A stretch of DNA of 64,000 nucleotides from Eledone cirrhosa. Taxonomy: Eukaryota. The notes beneath the pieces are model-generated. The model saw nothing but the letters and a program-made list of their open reading frames with translations. It made no database searches and was not told the origin of the DNA. A program made the position numbers and the translations under genes. The stretch is taken from assembly GCA_964016885.1 (NCBI GenBank), contig OZ024743.1, positions 323,516,001-323,580,000 on the forward strand. Reading direction: 5' to 3'. Below, piece by piece: positions 60,384-64,000 of the stretch (its first letter is position 1; every line of letters begins with the position of its first letter).

Positions 60384-61518
60384 TATAATTTTATATGAGA
60401 AATATTTAAGTAATGCTCTATATATCAATTTATTAATGAAATAGTTTTATTAAATCCCTCCAGCGGTGATCATCACGTCTTTTTTTGGATATAGTGTGTC
60501 CCTGACTATATTATTCTATGTGCTTTTACTTCCTTTTTAAGTCTATAGGGTATAATTAGAGGACATTTAGTTGTTATTTCCAGCTGATAGAGTGGGCAGA
60601 ATCGTTAGAATATCAGATAAAATGGCTGCTGTATTTACTTACGGTCTTTATATTATGAGTTCAAATCCAGCCCAGCTTAGATTTACCTTTCATTCTCCCG
60701 CGTTGATAAAATATTGTACAGCTCAAGTAGTGGTATAATTCCATTCACATTCTTGCTGTGAATGGAATTATAATAGACGACATGGTTAAGTAAAGGCTCC
60801 GTTGTTGGTTCGTAAAGACCGTAATTAATCATATGAAGTCAATAAAATAAGTGGCAAAATACTAGAATGGATGTAATCGACTAAAAACATAGAAAAAAGT
60901 ACTCCAGTGTGGCCGAAGTCTAATGTCTGAAATCGATAAAAAATAAATGAATTACCCAACACAATAAGAACGAAAATATGGAATTAGGATACTCGTGTCT
61001 TTTACATTGATGGTGCATAATATTAATTTCATTTGGTAAGTAACACGTGGTGTGTATTTCTCCAGAGAAGAAAAAAAATAGCTATAACGTTCGTGCTTTC
61101 CTCGGGGTCTTTAATGGCGTCAGGAGTAAGTTTCCTAGCAAAGTTTGGCCAAGGTTATTTCGAGTACATAATTTGTAATGGCGAAGAAAAAGTAGGTATG
61201 AATGAAATACGAGCAGCTACTGAACTGTAAAATAAGGAAGGGGTAAGGCTTATTGTTCAGCTCGGCTAGACTGAGTGCGAGTAAAGTAATGTGTGTGTTT
61301 TGTGTTACTGTTCCCAGCACAATTAAATGTAGTAAGGTTCGAACTCGTTTACTTTGTCCAGCACCTTAATCTCAAAGCCACAATACCCTCATCGTTTTGT
61401 TGTTTGTAAACTTGAAATAAGTACCCCTCCCACTTTACTGTTGACTAGTTAACAATAGAGAAAATATGTGACTGTAAATGAAATATAGAAAAGAGAATAC
61501 CTCTTGCAAAGATTGAAA

Positions 61519-61569
<51 letters not shown>

Positions 61570-61659
61570 GGAGGTGAGTTTTATTGTAGTACAATAAAGC
61601 AATGCAGATATCGGATAAGAAGCACTCTACAGTTTGTAGGACTGGAGTATACATAATAT

Positions 61660-61781
61660 ATAACCTTCATGTCATGTCTTCCTGTTTTATCTGATGAAAA
61701 CACAAATATTATTGCATGATGATATTTGTTTTTGAAATGCGCATAATAAAATACATGGAACTCTTTTAACCAACTTTTGTT

Positions 61782-61786
<5 letters not shown>
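61660..61786 (+). ncRNA. Solo pLTR fragment with HHR (family I, same as 43180-43300)
   Basis: gttttat CTGATGA(61691)..GAAA(61734) TGCGCA TA ataaaat, followed by (TA)n. Confidence 0.78.
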
Positions 61787-61840
<54 letters not shown>

Positions 61841-61846
<6 letters not shown>

Positions 61847-62194
61847 AAAATGGGATGAAATCGAAAATGCAACTGAAGTCTTATTTTTTTTTTAAATATA
61901 TATATTTATTTGGTTCCTTTACCGATTTCGCAGTTCTTCTGCTTTTCAAAAGGTGAGTTGAGAAGGAGGGTCTGTGGTTTTTCTCACAGATGTGAGAAAA
62001 ACCACAGACCCTCCATCTCAACTCACCTTTTGAAAAGCAGAAGAACTGCGAAATCGGGAAAGGAACCAAATAAATATATATATTTAAAAAAAAAATAAGA
62101 CTTCAGTTGCATTTTCGATTTCATCCCATTTTCTTTATACTTCCACTCGTGTAGGACACCTCGGTTATTTTTCATTTTGTAAAAAAAACCTCAC

Positions 62195-62200
<6 letters not shown>
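61841..62200 (+). mobile_element. Second fold-back cassette of family E
   Basis: Nearly identical to 26311-26663; TTGAAAA core at 62030; 2-nt loop. Confidence 0.82.
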
Positions 62201-62246
<46 letters not shown>

Positions 62247-62430
62247 AACATATGAAGCAATCACAGGAGATAATTTGTAAAGTGTGTAAATACACACAGC
62301 TAGGTAGGTAACTAATTAAAGTTTAACTAGAACTTCAAATATAGATAACTTTTAAAATGATTAATCTTTGAGCATATTCTACAGTGGATATGGCGCATGT
62401 CTCTCGGACATGGAAGCCTTAATTTGATTT

Positions 62431-62554
<124 letters not shown>

Positions 62555-62582
62555 TATTTATATATATATATATAAACATATA

Positions 62583-62620
<38 letters not shown>

Positions 62621-62623
<3 letters not shown>

Positions 62624-63088
62624 GGAGAAAATGAAATGAAATTTCATTTCCCACTCTTAGTACGGCTGTTACTTAAATATAAGTATGTACACGTACATAC
62701 ATATATGTATACAGACGTACAGTAGTATGTATATATATATATATACATACATGCACACATATATATATATATGTACGTATGGATTCACCGAACATTTATT
62801 ATAATGCCGGTGTGTTTGTAAACAAACATCCCATATTAAGCCGCAGTGTCTAGCAACCATCGTTGCTCGTTTGTTCAACACTGACAAAGGAACGCTGTAC
62901 TAGTTTCAAGCTTATTAGCTATCGTCAGCAACGTATACCTTCCTGCCAGATTGTTGAACGTATATACTTATGCATATTAACGGTTAACGGCCAAGTAGCC
63001 CAATTTGCATATCGAGTGGGTTAATCGGCCGGGTGGACCGAAACCGATAAACGGAAAAAATGAAATGAAATTTCATTTCCCACTCTTA
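62621..63088 (-). mobile_element. Family F HHR repeat, one unit with ~40-bp terminal redundancy
   Basis: Reverse complement of the 55663-56534 unit; core tcgtcag at 62922-62928. Confidence 0.8.
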
Positions 63089-63091
63089 TAA

Positions 63092-63200
<109 letters not shown>

Positions 63201-63309
63201 CATATATATTTATATATATATACATATATATATATACATATATACATATACATATACATATATATATATATATATACATATATATATACATATACATTTA
63301 TATATACAT

Positions 63310-63342
<33 letters not shown>

Positions 63343-63389
63343 TATATATACATACATATATATATACATATATATACATATATATACAC

Positions 63390-63442
<53 letters not shown>

Positions 63443-63459
63443 CATATATATATATATAC

Positions 63460-63492
<33 letters not shown>

Positions 63493-63527
63493 CATATATA
63501 TATACATATATATATACATATATATAC

Positions 63528-63574
<47 letters not shown>

Positions 63575-63655
63575 AATATATACATATATATATACATATA
63601 TATACATATATATATATACATATATACATATATATATACATATATATATATACAC

Positions 63656-63738
<83 letters not shown>

Positions 63739-63899
63739 AAGGAATAAATTGTGGTAAGGAACCAGATGGACCATAACGCACGAGAGTACTCAATAGTTAT
63801 GGTAGTAGAGTGGACTAGTCCAGAAATAGCCGTCGAAACGGCTTGAGCTCTGCCGTCGGGGTCATACTTTTTCCTATATATATATACATATATATATAC

Positions 63900-63945
<46 letters not shown>

Positions 63946-63954
63946 CTATCTATC

Positions 63955-63986
<32 letters not shown>

Positions 63987-64000
63987 TATATATACATATA

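Noticed and set aside
60733-60772. 16-bp-stem palindrome; similar small ones at 57325-57380
   Set aside because: Short, AT-rich, single copy in the window; most simply a local micro-inversion.

Overview
An AT-rich eukaryotic intergenic or intronic window, most likely from a coleoid cephalopod (octopus-like; inferred from the SINE types and the density of (TA)n/(CA)n microsatellites). I could not support any host protein-coding gene. The window is a stack of nested, mostly decayed transposons: a hAT (SPIN/Charlie-like) element plus a derived MITE, five Penelope-like retroelement (PLE) RT/GIY-YIG remnants, a Helitron and two non-autonomous Helitron-like elements, a Tigger/pogo element, a Gypsy LTR element, RTE, CR1-like, CRE-like and R4-like LINE fragments, and many tRNA-derived SINEs. 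The strongest signal is non-coding. About 30 hammerhead-ribozyme (HHR) motifs from about 12 sequence families can be read by eye. Most sit in near-perfect fold-back cassettes (60-340 bp arms) inserted in (TA)n tracts, or in a ~420-bp tandem, retrozyme-like repeat. Many carry recurrent non-canonical cores: U3-A8 covariation, U4C/U4A, a U.U or A.G at the base of stem II, or a 115-nt stem II. A possible composite hAT transposon (matching 8-bp flanks 8.6 kb apart) and a ~25-kb nested TE stack between long inverted termini were also found. All calls are by eye; no searches or folding programs were run.
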